DNA of 20,000 nt from an uncultured Planctomycetaceae bacterium (GTDB lineage: Bacteria > Planctomycetota > Planctomycetia > Planctomycetales > Planctomycetaceae), in the NCBI GenBank assembly GCA_963976765.1, contig CAXBME010000016.1, positions 172,002 through 192,001 on the forward strand. Direction: 5' to 3'. The notes under the pieces are model-generated. The model was not told the origin of the DNA. It saw nothing but the letters and a program-made list of their open reading frames with translations, and ran no database searches. A program made the position numbers and the translations under genes. Shown here piece by piece: positions 7,460 through 16,855 of the stretch (within the stretch, counting starts at the first letter, position 1; each line of letters begins with the position of its first letter).

Positions 7460-9697
7460 GTGTTTTCACGTAGCGACTATCAGCTCAAACAGACTCTTCT
7501 CGTGGCCATCGCGCTTACTACTCTACTCGCCCAATCCGACAGCTCTGCATCGACCGATCCTGCTCCGCCGCTGCTGGCCATCTCGAAAGTCCGTGCATTG
7601 AGCCGAGCCGAAATGGCCAGGCTGGACGACGTTCGCATTCGAGGGTCGATCGCATTTATCAATAACGAGTGGAAAGTTCTGTTCGTCTACCAGGATGGCG
7701 AGTCAGTCAAAGTTGGGTTTGACGTCGACCTTCAGGTTTCTGTCGGCACACCGGTCGAGATTAAAGGTCAGGTTGTTCTCGGAGATGTCGGGCCAGTCAT
7801 CGTGGCGACCGACCTTCAGGAACTGCACATCAATGATCCAGGCGAAGAATTTGCTCCCGTCCCGATCAAAATCGACCAGACGACGCCATTCTCAGCCAGC
7901 CTGGTTGATCAATGGGTGGAATTCGAAGGCCCGGCTTATTCGGCAGTGGCCGACAACAAGCACAGCTATGTCAGCCTGGCCGGAAAAATGTTCGGCGTTT
8001 ACGCGATCATTCCAAACTCGGATGAACTGCCACCGCTGGAGATACTTCGAGAAGCACCGCTCCGAATCCGAGGCATTCCAAGTATCAGTGTCCAGCCTGG
8101 CGCCGAGGGACAGATCGATTTTCTGATTCCGAACGCATCGAATGTCGAAATCCTCAAAACGGCAGACGAGATAATCGATCCAAAGCCACGCAGGATCGCA
8201 GAAATCGGACGAGTCGATATGCGAGGCACTTCGGAGGCGCCCGCCAGAATTCGTGCGGTTGTTCGATGCGTCAGTCAGAGTGGAAAGCTTTTCATTGCCG
8301 ACGAAACCGGATCGCTGATGGTCGAAATGAATCCCGAGATCTCTGTCGGTGAACTGGCGACAGGAAACGTCATCGAAGTCGAAGGATTTGTCGTTCGGAA
8401 CCGGAAACACGAATACATCACTGATGCGAAGTTTCGTTACATTGGCAAAGGTTTTTCGCTGCATCCAGAGCAAGTAACAGCAGCAAAAGCCGTGAAACAC
8501 CCGGCAGAACTGATAGAACTTGATGGAACACTGATTTCCCGAAGCGACGGAAACAGCAGCCTTCTGATGAAGAATGGGATGCAAAGCTTTCGCGTTCTGG
8601 CAAACGATGAGCTGTCGAAATACTTGAACCAATGGAGTGTTGGCAGTCGATTCCGATTAACAGGTTGCACCTGGTTCAGCAAAGAACTGGACACCACTTT
8701 CGAGTTTTACCCGAACACAGCATCCGTCATTTTTGGCCTGCCGGCAGAGGAGTCGCCAGAATCGTCTACAGAATCAGCCGTGACAAATCCGGTGGAAAAC
8801 TCGATGCCCCAGTCGGGATCGTCATTCTACGGAGTTTTGTTCACTCACGGACCGCAATTTGTCTGGTTAGCGTTGCAGGTTGCCTTTGTCCTGACTGCCG
8901 TGACAATCGCCTGGCAGCTTCACCGTCGTCTGAAAACTCAGGAGAAATTTCACAAGTCGATCCATGAGCAGCTCAGCAACCTGTCACACATTGCGAGGCT
9001 CAACACGCTGGCTGAAATGGTTGGCGCACTGGCTCATGAACTGAATCAACCACTCGCCAGCGTTTCAAACTATGCCGCCGCCGCCGAACTGCTCAGCCGA
9101 AAAGAGCCAGCCGATCCCGAAAAGCTGAACAACGTCCTGATAAACATCGGGCAGGAAGCCTTTCGGGCAGGCGAGATCATCCGCCGTTTGCGGCACCTGG
9201 TTCGCAAGAAGACACCCGGTTCACTTCCAATTCAGCTTTCTGAAATCATCAGTGAAACCGTTGAGCTGTTTAAAACTCAGCATGTCACCGCCAGCGGGCT
9301 TGTCCAGGTCGACATCCCCGACAACCTGCCAGCTGTCCAGGCAGACTCGGTACAGATCCAGCAGGTGATTCTGAATCTACTGCTCAACGCCCGAGACGCG
9401 ACTGAGACGCTGACCGACCGACCGCCAACTATTCAAATAAAGGCCGCTCTTGAAGCTGGCATGGTCAGCGTTTCTGTCTCGGACAACGGAATCGGAATCA
9501 ACAGTTCAAACCCGGATGCCATCTTCGAGCCTTACTTCACCACCCGGGAAGAAGGCACCGGACTGGGCCTCGCCATCAGCCGCACGATCATCGAAACCCA
9601 CGGTGGCAAAATCACTGCGGAAAACCAAACTCCCCACGGCACAAGGATTACGTTCTCGCTGCCCGTCTCCGGAACACTGTCAAACATCGTCGGATAG
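7460..9697 (+). CDS. Membrane sensor histidine kinase (FixL/NtrB-type transmitter) with a large extracytoplasmic beta-rich region
   Basis: Signal-peptide-like N-terminus; one TM (FVWLALQVAFVLTAVTIAW); H box LAHELNQPL, N box QQVILNLLLNARDA, G1 DNGIG, F box FEPYFTT, G2 GTGLGLAI. Confidence 0.92.
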   Translation: MFSRSDYQLKQTLLVAIALTTLLAQSDSSASTDPAPPLLAISKVRALSRAEMARLDDVRIRGSIAFINNEWKVLFVYQDGESVKVGFDVDLQVSVGTPVEIKGQVVLGDVGPVIVATDLQELHINDPGEEFAPVPIKIDQTTPFSASLVDQWVEFEGPAYSAVADNKHSYVSLAGKMFGVYAIIPNSDELPPLEILREAPLRIRGIPSISVQPGAEGQIDFLIPNASNVEILKTADEIIDPKPRRIAEIGRVDMRGTSEAPARIRAVVRCVSQSGKLFIADETGSLMVEMNPEISVGELATGNVIEVEGFVVRNRKHEYITDAKFRYIGKGFSLHPEQVTAAKAVKHPAELIELDGTLISRSDGNSSLLMKNGMQSFRVLANDELSKYLNQWSVGSRFRLTGCTWFSKELDTTFEFYPNTASVIFGLPAEESPESSTESAVTNPVENSMPQSGSSFYGVLFTHGPQFVWLALQVAFVLTAVTIAWQLHRRLKTQEKFHKSIHEQLSNLSHIARLNTLAEMVGALAHELNQPLASVSNYAAAAELLSRKEPADPEKLNNVLINIGQEAFRAGEIIRRLRHLVRKKTPGSLPIQLSEIISETVELFKTQHVTASGLVQVDIPDNLPAVQADSVQIQQVILNLLLNARDATETLTDRPPTIQIKAALEAGMVSVSVSDNGIGINSSNPDAIFEPYFTTREEGTGLGLAISRTIIETHGGKITAENQTPHGTRITFSLPVSGTLSNIVG

Positions 9698-9712
9698 CAG
9701 TCCCTGAACCCG

Positions 9713-9739
9713 GCAGACTCCGTCTGGCTGCGAGTCTGC
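9713..9739. terminator. Intergenic hairpin (possible terminator or stabiliser)
   Basis: GCAGACTC-N11-GAGTCTGC just after the kinase stop codon; no U-tract. Confidence 0.3.
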
Positions 9740-9763
9740 GGCGACCAGGCTACGATCATCGCC

Positions 9764-11305
9764 ATGAAACACGACTTCGACATCATCGTGGTTGGCGGAG
9801 GCGGCAGCGGACTTGCCGCCGCTGTCAGCGCTGCTGAACACGGGTCGAACGTCCTGCTGCTGGAAAAGCAACCGGCGCTCGGCGGAACCACCGGCATCGC
9901 CGTCGGCTCGTTCACCGCCAGCCATACTCGCCTTCAGACTCGAAACGGGATCGACGATTCACCAGCGGCTCACCACGAAGACGCAGGACGATTCGCCGCA
10001 CCAGACATCGAAGTCCGCAACAACAACGAGCTGCGGCGATTTTTTCTCAGCCATGCCGCCGACACGCTCCACTGGCTGATGGACATGGGACTGACCTTTC
10101 ACGGCCCGAATCCCGAGCCGCCGAACCGCGTTCCGAGAATGCACAACGTCGTGCCCGGCGCGAAAGCGTACGTCGCAACGCTGCATGCCCGGCTGATCAA
10201 ACTCGGCGGAATCGTCCGTGTGAACTCAACCGTGCAACGGCTCCTTCAGAATGACGACGGGGCGGTCGTCGGAGTCGTCGTCAGCAACTCAACTGGCAGA
10301 TCGACTCACGAAAACGCGGTCGCAGAAAATGAGTTCGCAGAGAACGAAATCCAGTTTCGAGCAAATCGCGGCGTCATTCTGGCCGCAGGCGATTACGCCA
10401 ACTGCTCCGAAACAATCTCCCGTTTCAAAGGCAAACGTTACTCGTCGATTGAAGGCATTAACCCGGACGCCCACGGAGACGGCCATCGACTCGCCGAAGC
10501 TGCCGGCGCGAAGCTGCTCAACATGGACGTCACGTACGGACCGGAACTTCGCTTCGTACCGCCGCACGGCAGAACATTTCAGCAGCTACTTCCAACGAGC
10601 GGCCTCGCCGCACGAGCGATGAGATGCCTGCTGCCGTTCGTGCCGCAATTTCTGATGAACGCGATGATCCGCCGACTGCTGGTGACCTGGCAGCATCCCG
10701 AGAACTCGTTGTTTGATGATGGAGCAATTCTGATCAACCGCGAAGGCCACCGCTTCTGCAACGAAAGAGTCTGGCCCGATCGTGAAATCGCCGTTGCCGC
10801 GCAGCCCGACAAAGAATGTTTCATCCTGCTCGACCGCTCACTCACCGACCGTTACAGCAAGTGGCCGCACTTCATCTCAACGGCTCCGAAAATCGCCTAC
10901 GCCTACGTCGTCGATTACCTCCGACTGCGCCCCGACGTCGCTGTTCAGTCGACGAATCTCGAAGCAATCGCTACGCAGAGAGGAATCTCAGCGGAATCAC
11001 TTCGCCAGACAATCGCTGAGGTCAACGAGGAACGGAACGCCAGCAACCAGTCGCCCCTTGACGGCACTCAGTGGACGCTGCTCGGCCCGGCAAAAGCTTA
11101 CTTCACCACGACGGAAGGCGGCGCCGCCATCAACCAGCAATTCCAGGCTCTCGATGAATCCGACTGTCCGATTCCAGGCCTCTATGCGGTCGGCCAGACA
11201 GGACTCGGCGGCCAGATCCTCTGGGGCCACGGCCTGCACATCGCCTGGGCCATGACCAGCGGTCGCCTCGCAGGCAGGCAACTGGCTCAAACGCGGCTCG
11301 CTTGA
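9764..11305 (+). CDS. FAD-dependent oxidoreductase (FAD_binding_2; fumarate reductase flavoprotein / ketosteroid dehydrogenase-like)
   Basis: DIIVVGGGGSGLAAAVSAAE...LLEK...GGTT Rossmann fold; VILAAGD, GDGHRLA...GA, ILINREGHRFCNE, TTEGG, IPGLYAVG, SGRLAG. Confidence 0.88.
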   Translation: MKHDFDIIVVGGGGSGLAAAVSAAEHGSNVLLLEKQPALGGTTGIAVGSFTASHTRLQTRNGIDDSPAAHHEDAGRFAAPDIEVRNNNELRRFFLSHAADTLHWLMDMGLTFHGPNPEPPNRVPRMHNVVPGAKAYVATLHARLIKLGGIVRVNSTVQRLLQNDDGAVVGVVVSNSTGRSTHENAVAENEFAENEIQFRANRGVILAAGDYANCSETISRFKGKRYSSIEGINPDAHGDGHRLAEAAGAKLLNMDVTYGPELRFVPPHGRTFQQLLPTSGLAARAMRCLLPFVPQFLMNAMIRRLLVTWQHPENSLFDDGAILINREGHRFCNERVWPDREIAVAAQPDKECFILLDRSLTDRYSKWPHFISTAPKIAYAYVVDYLRLRPDVAVQSTNLEAIATQRGISAESLRQTIAEVNEERNASNQSPLDGTQWTLLGPAKAYFTTTEGGAAINQQFQALDESDCPIPGLYAVGQTGLGGQILWGHGLHIAWAMTSGRLAGRQLAQTRLA

Positions 11306-11428
11306 AGCCCGCGCTGGCGACAGGCTCAAATTCCGGCCAGGGACGATTCGAGTTTCTGGCCAACCACACTACCCTGCGTCTCAAGCAACCTGAAATCCAA
11401 GTTGACACCACCGATCGAGGAGCAACGA

Positions 11429-12841
11429 ATGAGTAGCGTTCATGATTTTGGAGCCGTCGGCGACGGCGTCACGGATGATACCGAGGCCATTCAACATGCG
11501 ATTGACGATGGCAATGGCCAGCTTGAGTTTCCTCGCGGCGAATACCGAATTTCCAGCACCCTGTTAATCGACCTTCAGAAACGCAGTCGAACATCGATTA
11601 CCGGTGCAGGCGGAACGGCAAAGATTGTCATGCACGGTGCCGGGCCGGCGATCTTTCTCAAGGCGACACACGCAAAAACGGCTGAGCCGCTTGGATTTCG
11701 CCCGGAAGAATGGCAGCACGAGCGGATGCCCACGATCGACGGTATCGAAATCGAAGGCCGTCACCCCGAAGCTGACGGAATCCACATTGTCGGCGTCATG
11801 CAGCCGACGTTGACTCGAGTCCTGATCCGTCAGGTAAGAACGGCAGTCTACGTCACTGACCGGGCTCGAAACATCGTCATCAACGGATGCCACTTCTACC
11901 ACAACACCGGAGTCGGCATTCATCTCGACAAAGTCAATCTGCATCAGACTATCATCGCCGATTCGCACATCAGCTACTGCCGACGAGGTGGCATCCGTAT
12001 TGAAGACAGCGAGATTCGCAATCTGCAGATCACCGGCAATGACATCGAATACAACAATTATCGAGTCTTTCAGAAGGAGTTCCCCGGACCGGAAGCCGAG
12101 GCCGAACCGACTGCCGAAATCTACGTCGACGTCGTCAACGGTACAGTTCGTGAGGGAACCATTTCAAGCAACACGATTCAAGCCAAATACAGCTCGGGAG
12201 GATCCAATATTCGATTTATTGGCAACGGCGAAGAAGGACAGCACCGCGCTGGCATGTGGACAATCACCGGCAACCTGATCGGCAGCCAGAAGAACAACAT
12301 CCACCTGACAAGCGTTCGCGGCGTCACGATTTCCGGCAACTACATTTACAGCGGTCAGCATCGAAACCTGCTGGTTGAAAAGTCTCGCAACATCGTCGTC
12401 GGCCCAAACACCTTTGGCCACAACCCCGACTACAAAGACAAAGAACTGGCGACCGGAATTCGGTTCGAAGATTCCGAAAACTGCGTGCTGAACGGCCTGC
12501 AGATTCAGGATGCTCAGGCAGGAAAACACACAGTCGAGGGAGTCGTCCCGATCGAACGGGAAGCCCTTGTTGAACTGGTGCGCTGTCGACGAGTTAACGT
12601 CACTGGCTGCCAGATTCTCGATGGAACTCCCACGGGCCTTCTCGTTGAGAATTGCTCAGACACGCTGATTTCAAGCTGCTCGATCATCGACCAGAGAGCG
12701 GTCCCGTTGATGCAGACCGGACTCGCCTGGAGCGGCGAGCAACATGGCAACATGTTCGTCCAGAATCGCGTTGCCGGAGCGACTAAGACTGCCACAAAAA
12801 CACACGAATCAGTCCATCTGAACGGAAACGTAACGACCTGA
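11429..12841 (+). CDS. Right-handed parallel beta-helix protein (pectate lyase 3-like N-terminus)
   Basis: SVHDFGAVGDGVTDDTEAIQHAID...FPRGEYRI motif; repeated ITGN/ISSN/ISGN beta-helix turns; GAGGAG SD before ATG 11429; no signal peptide. Confidence 0.85.
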   Translation: MSSVHDFGAVGDGVTDDTEAIQHAIDDGNGQLEFPRGEYRISSTLLIDLQKRSRTSITGAGGTAKIVMHGAGPAIFLKATHAKTAEPLGFRPEEWQHERMPTIDGIEIEGRHPEADGIHIVGVMQPTLTRVLIRQVRTAVYVTDRARNIVINGCHFYHNTGVGIHLDKVNLHQTIIADSHISYCRRGGIRIEDSEIRNLQITGNDIEYNNYRVFQKEFPGPEAEAEPTAEIYVDVVNGTVREGTISSNTIQAKYSSGGSNIRFIGNGEEGQHRAGMWTITGNLIGSQKNNIHLTSVRGVTISGNYIYSGQHRNLLVEKSRNIVVGPNTFGHNPDYKDKELATGIRFEDSENCVLNGLQIQDAQAGKHTVEGVVPIEREALVELVRCRRVNVTGCQILDGTPTGLLVENCSDTLISSCSIIDQRAVPLMQTGLAWSGEQHGNMFVQNRVAGATKTATKTHESVHLNGNVTT

Positions 12842-12861
12842 AGGCGGTCGAAAAATACTCC

Positions 12862-12890
12862 TTGCGGAAGCTGAATAATCGCTATAACCT
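12862..12890 (+). promoter_or_regulatory. Putative sigma70-type promoter for the 12954 gene
   Basis: TTGCGG-N17-TAACCT (overlapping TATAAC) with an A-rich stretch upstream. Confidence 0.4.
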
Positions 12891-12953
12891 GCACAACAGA
12901 GACAACCCAATCTTCGCAGATTGCCGATTTTCAGTTTTGAAGGAGAGAGAGAA

Positions 12954-13610
12954 ATGAGACACTCAATCGCCATTGCCACCGGGTTGATACTGTCCGCCCA
13001 GGGTTTCGCATTTGCACAGAACCTGAGCGAGGATGATGTAAAAACTCTGCAGTCCGCCCGCAGCGAAATTGACTCGCTCAAATCAGAGATTCAATCGCTG
13101 AAAGAGAGTTGCGGAATAGCGACCGCAGATCGGTGCGCGACGGTCTCAAGAACGAATCGGCAAATGATTCTGCGACGATATCGATGGGTTCCCGCTTCCA
13201 GCGTCGCTGGCTTTCAGGCTTCGGGGCTGACGACATCCGGAATCACGGCCTTTCAGAATTCAACATTCGTACCACAAAGCCAGCTGACGTTTGCCCCTTC
13301 TTCGTTTGCCGGCGTGCAGACATCACCGCTGCTTACGAGCAACGTCGCCACATCCGGATTTTCGACTGGCCCCCTGAACACGTACTCTTCCGGATCGATC
13401 GGCGTTCAGTCCTTCGCGCCAGCTGCTTCAAACGTACTGCCTGCGTCGCCGTACGCGGCCCATCAGTCATACGAAGTCTATTCGAATGGCCCCGTCACTC
13501 AGTCGATGTCTGCTGGTTTCTCAGCAGCTCCGGTTTACCCAACGGCAACGTTTCGAGGCACGAGCGGCTTCGTAAACTCAGTACCGGCCCCCTACTACTC
13601 AGCGTATTAG
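12954..13610 (+). CDS. Secreted hypothetical protein: signal peptide, short coiled coil, 2 Cys, then a 140-aa nearly uncharged S/T/A/G/P/F/Y low-complexity tail
   Basis: AAGGAG SD and ATG 12954; MRHSIAIATGLILSAQGFAFA|Q signal peptide; heptads LQSARSEIDSLKSEIQSLKES; the tail after RRYRW has only one E and one R. Confidence 0.8.
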   Translation: MRHSIAIATGLILSAQGFAFAQNLSEDDVKTLQSARSEIDSLKSEIQSLKESCGIATADRCATVSRTNRQMILRRYRWVPASSVAGFQASGLTTSGITAFQNSTFVPQSQLTFAPSSFAGVQTSPLLTSNVATSGFSTGPLNTYSSGSIGVQSFAPAASNVLPASPYAAHQSYEVYSNGPVTQSMSAGFSAAPVYPTATFRGTSGFVNSVPAPYYSAY

Positions 13611-13750
13611 AGCACTTTCAGAATTACCCCTGGGTGTTCAGCAGGAGGGTCCACCAAGGAAACGATGGCTATTTCAGGTGCCTGCTCCTGCACAGAAACC
13701 ATGAAAATGGTCTACCCCAGTCAGTTGACAAGGTAGCAGCCACGCACCGC

Positions 13751-13778
13751 CGTGCGGTACGAATTTTCGTGCCGCACG
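13751..13778. terminator. Hairpin between convergent genes (possible bidirectional terminator)
   Basis: CGTGCGGTACGAA-TT-TTCGTGCCGCACG; near-perfect inverted repeat with one G.U pair, between the stops at 13610 (+) and 13853 (-). Confidence 0.55.
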
Positions 13779-13852
13779 AATTACAGAGATCATGCTGTTT
13801 CTAGCTGAGGTGCGTGTGAGAGAGCGCGTGTGCTGTCAAAAAGAGAACGGCT

Positions 13853-14548
13853 CTATAGAGCACTCAAGTTTCGAACCACGACAATCCACCGTTCACGGAT
13901 CGCGATGCCAGTTCGAACCTCGAGAGCACCGCTGATGACGACAGGACGACCATCGGCTTTTCTGGCAATTGCCAGTTCGCGATTCTCCAGCTCCAGCTCC
14001 CACGTCTGTGAGCCGTCTGAAGTGATCTCGATCGTCACTCCCGTTGTCTCGCCGCCTAAAGCCACAACGTCTGTGTGAATCAGCCCTCGGCAAACAACGG
14101 ACACTCCATGATCCTTTGACGAAGATGGCCCGCTTTCTGATTCGTGTTCCCTGAAACTGACAGGCTGCAGGAACAGCCCGGTCCGACTGCGTTCGCGATC
14201 GCACTTCGGTTTCCCCTTCGCTTCCTCTTTCGAGCATTGAGCCAGGGAACCGCGAACGGTGACAGTCTTTCCGTCAAGAGCGGCTGCTTCGTCGGCAAGT
14301 TGAGGACTCTTACCGAAGTCGACAGCGAATTCCGCAGCCGCGCGTTTCGGCTTGCCCGCCGCCGTAATCGTATTTCGAGTGGCGTCGTATTTTCCGACAA
14401 CCGAAACCTGCACGTACTGCCGATTCCGGGTTGCCTCGTCAGCACTCGCGTTTTGAACTTCAGGGCCGACCAGAAACATCATCCAAAAAGCCAGCACCAC
14501 CAGAGAGGCAGCGAATCCGTACGACGACTGATTCGTGAGGGACGGCAT
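13853..14548 (-). CDS. Exported hypothetical protein with two tandem OB-fold-like repeats
   Basis: ATG 14548; hydrophobic N-terminus ending ...NASA|DE; repeat motifs VQVSVVG...AAALDGKTVTVRGSL and VSVVCRG...ARKADGRPVVISGAL. Confidence 0.75.
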   Translation of the reverse strand: MPSLTNQSSYGFAASLVVLAFWMMFLVGPEVQNASADEATRNRQYVQVSVVGKYDATRNTITAAGKPKRAAAEFAVDFGKSPQLADEAAALDGKTVTVRGSLAQCSKEEAKGKPKCDRERSRTGLFLQPVSFREHESESGPSSSKDHGVSVVCRGLIHTDVVALGGETTGVTIEITSDGSQTWELELENRELAIARKADGRPVVISGALEVRTGIAIRERWIVVVRNLSAL

Positions 14549-14633
14549 GACGAAAACCCTTCTGAAATTCGCAAATGAATTGATGACACAACGCAGCAGG
14601 TCAGTCTCTCCGAGCGACACTCCCGAACGATAC

Positions 14634-14672
14634 GAAAACAGGCTCGGATATTTCAGTCAAATACCCGAGCCT
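14634..14672 (-). terminator. Putative intrinsic terminator downstream of the S8 protease gene
   Basis: Minus strand AGGCTCGGGTATTT-GACTG-AAATATCCGAGCCT (14-bp stem, one G.U) followed by GTTTTCG. Confidence 0.6.
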
Positions 14673-14736
14673 TACAGTTTTCGAACTGACTTTCTGAAAC
14701 CCACCTTTACGTTGAAGTCTGCCGCTCGGTTCCGGC

Positions 14737-16725
14737 TCACTGCTGGCTGATCGCAAACGCCTGAGCGTCGAGCGAGCCACCTCCACGAACCTTCAGACGA
14801 CCATTCCCTGGCAAGCGGATCCACCAACTGACATCGTGAGTGCCCGCTTCCAGCGTCGTGGTCAAGCTCGTCCCAAAACTGACGTATTCATCCTTGCCTC
14901 TTGCCGTCACGACTCGAAATGACGATTTGTAATCCGTACTTCCAATCGATATTCCGGTTACGAAATTCTGGCTGCGGGTCACGCCTGCGGCACTCGAACT
15001 GGCATACAGATTAACGATCGTTTTCTCTCGTAGAACCAGGCGGCGTGTAATCAACGTAGAATCCGAACTGAACTCTCTGGCAGTCGCGAAGAAGAAATCT
15101 TTCACTTCGGGATGCGTGACTGGCGGCTTGCTCGGCTCCGCTGGCACTCCCGGTTTTGCAGGATCAGGACCAGACGGTGTTTCCAGCAGAAAACTGACAT
15201 CAAGTTCGAGGCCATTTTTCCAGGACGTTACGAGCTTCGAATTCTTCCTGGCGTTCTTCATCAGTTCCTGTTTGAGATCGAAGAATGTGGCGTCCTTGAA
15301 TCTGGGCGTTCCCAGCAACAGGGCGGCAGCCCCGCTAACGTGCGGCGTGGCCATGGATGTGCCGGCCAGATAAGCAAACTCGTTACTGAGCCACGTACTG
15401 AGAATGTTATCTGTTTGAACCGGACCGCCAGCCCCGCCGGGTGCTCCGATGTCAACATTCTTCGACGGGCCAAAATTGCTGAATGGAGATCTCCCTCCCT
15501 GAAAAGTGACGGCCCCAACGGTGAGAACGTTGTCGCTGTCCGAGTTGGCAGGTGAGTACTTATTAAGATCGATGTTCTGACCATCATTGCCTGCCGCCAC
15601 GACAAACAGGATCCCGGCATCGCGAGCACGCTGAATGGCCTGTTCGAGAACACTGGGAATCGGTCCCTTTCCTCCCCAACTGTTGCTGATAATGCGGGCG
15701 CCATTTTTCCGCGCGTAGTCAATACAACGTACGGCGTCGCTGGTCTGTCCACCGCCTCCGGAAGTCAGAAACTTCAAGGCCATTACTCTCGTTTGAGCCA
15801 TGCCGACAACACCCTCCCCATTCGCGACACCGGCAATCGTACCCGCGCAATGAGTTCCGTGGCCGTTGTCATCGCGGGGGTCGCCTGAAATCCGACCATT
15901 GACAAAGCTCGCTCCGAAACGGTCGTCGACAACGCCATTGTTGTCGTCGTCGATATCGTTTCCGGGAATCTCATCCTGATTGACCCACATGTTTTTAAGG
16001 AGATCGTTGTGGTCGTACTCAACACCGGTATCAATTACTGCCACAATGATCTGAGAAGGGTCGCTGACGCCCTGCACTTTGCCAGCGCCCGTCTGCTGAA
16101 TTCCTCGCACTCGACTCATCTCTAAGGTTGCGCCCGCCACAGCGATCTGAGGGTCGTCGGCTGGAACGATATCCGGTTTCAATTCTCCTTCGGGAACCGA
16201 CATGATGACGTTGCGGGAAATTCTCAGCGTTCGAGGAACCTGAGCCAGCGTTAAAAACTCGATTGGTTGAATGCCGGGAGCACGTGCGGCTGCATTCTCG
16301 GGAACAGGGACAGGCGCCACGACGACAAAGCGAGCTTCCGGGTTGATGTCGAGAAGATCGAAACCCGCCGCGTTAAGTGATGCTTCTGAGGGAGGCTCGC
16401 CTGGAGGATGCTCGATGATCAGACGTTCGGAATGCACAGCCAGAGCGCCAGCACCGCCGGGCCTCTCGACGTTTTCCAACCCGACAAGATTTGCCGCCTC
16501 GCCTTCAACAACCACACTGCCGTTGCGCTGCTGCCCGATGTACGTCACATTTCGACGAACCATATCCGCGAGTTCTGGAGAAAATTTACTCAGCTGCGGC
16601 TCCTGGTCCGGTGTCTCGGCATCCGAAGAAACAGACGGTACATAGGCCACACGCAGTGACTGCGCAAACACCAGACAATCAACAGTTGTCAGAACCAGCA
16701 ATGTGGCAAGCAGTCTGAACATCAT
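14737..16725 (-). CDS. Secreted S8 (subtilisin-family) serine protease with prodomain, Pro-rich linker and ~120-aa C-terminal domain
   Basis: Signal peptide (...LVFA|Q); catalytic motifs VAVIDTG (Asp), HGTHCAGTI (His), AAGN (oxyanion Asn), GTSMATPHV (Ser); acidic loop EIPGNDIDDDNNGVVDD; linker PSGPDPAKPGVPAEPSKPP. Confidence 0.95.
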   Translation of the reverse strand: MMFRLLATLLVLTTVDCLVFAQSLRVAYVPSVSSDAETPDQEPQLSKFSPELADMVRRNVTYIGQQRNGSVVVEGEAANLVGLENVERPGGAGALAVHSERLIIEHPPGEPPSEASLNAAGFDLLDINPEARFVVVAPVPVPENAAARAPGIQPIEFLTLAQVPRTLRISRNVIMSVPEGELKPDIVPADDPQIAVAGATLEMSRVRGIQQTGAGKVQGVSDPSQIIVAVIDTGVEYDHNDLLKNMWVNQDEIPGNDIDDDNNGVVDDRFGASFVNGRISGDPRDDNGHGTHCAGTIAGVANGEGVVGMAQTRVMALKFLTSGGGGQTSDAVRCIDYARKNGARIISNSWGGKGPIPSVLEQAIQRARDAGILFVVAAGNDGQNIDLNKYSPANSDSDNVLTVGAVTFQGGRSPFSNFGPSKNVDIGAPGGAGGPVQTDNILSTWLSNEFAYLAGTSMATPHVSGAAALLLGTPRFKDATFFDLKQELMKNARKNSKLVTSWKNGLELDVSFLLETPSGPDPAKPGVPAEPSKPPVTHPEVKDFFFATAREFSSDSTLITRRLVLREKTIVNLYASSSAAGVTRSQNFVTGISIGSTDYKSSFRVVTARGKDEYVSFGTSLTTTLEAGTHDVSWWIRLPGNGRLKVRGGGSLDAQAFAISQQ

Positions 16726-16855
16726 GCAGAGTCTCCGTTTCGTTCACTGTTTCGACGACAACTTCAGCTCGTCAAAAGTACGTTCGCGTTTCTGAATGTT
16801 TCGAATCCGTCGGCAGACAAATACACCACTGGCTGATCGCCGCAGGGACGGGCCG

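Noticed and set aside
13641..13691. Imperfect hairpin GCAGGAG...CTCCTGC as a possible sRNA
   Set aside because: Only a 7-bp perfect stem with a long irregular interior; no recognisable RNA family or promoter.
13109..13804. 231-aa alternative plus-frame ORF overlapping the 12954 gene
   Set aside because: No SD or signal peptide and Arg-rich off-frame composition; the 12954 frame has an SD, a signal peptide and coherent architecture.
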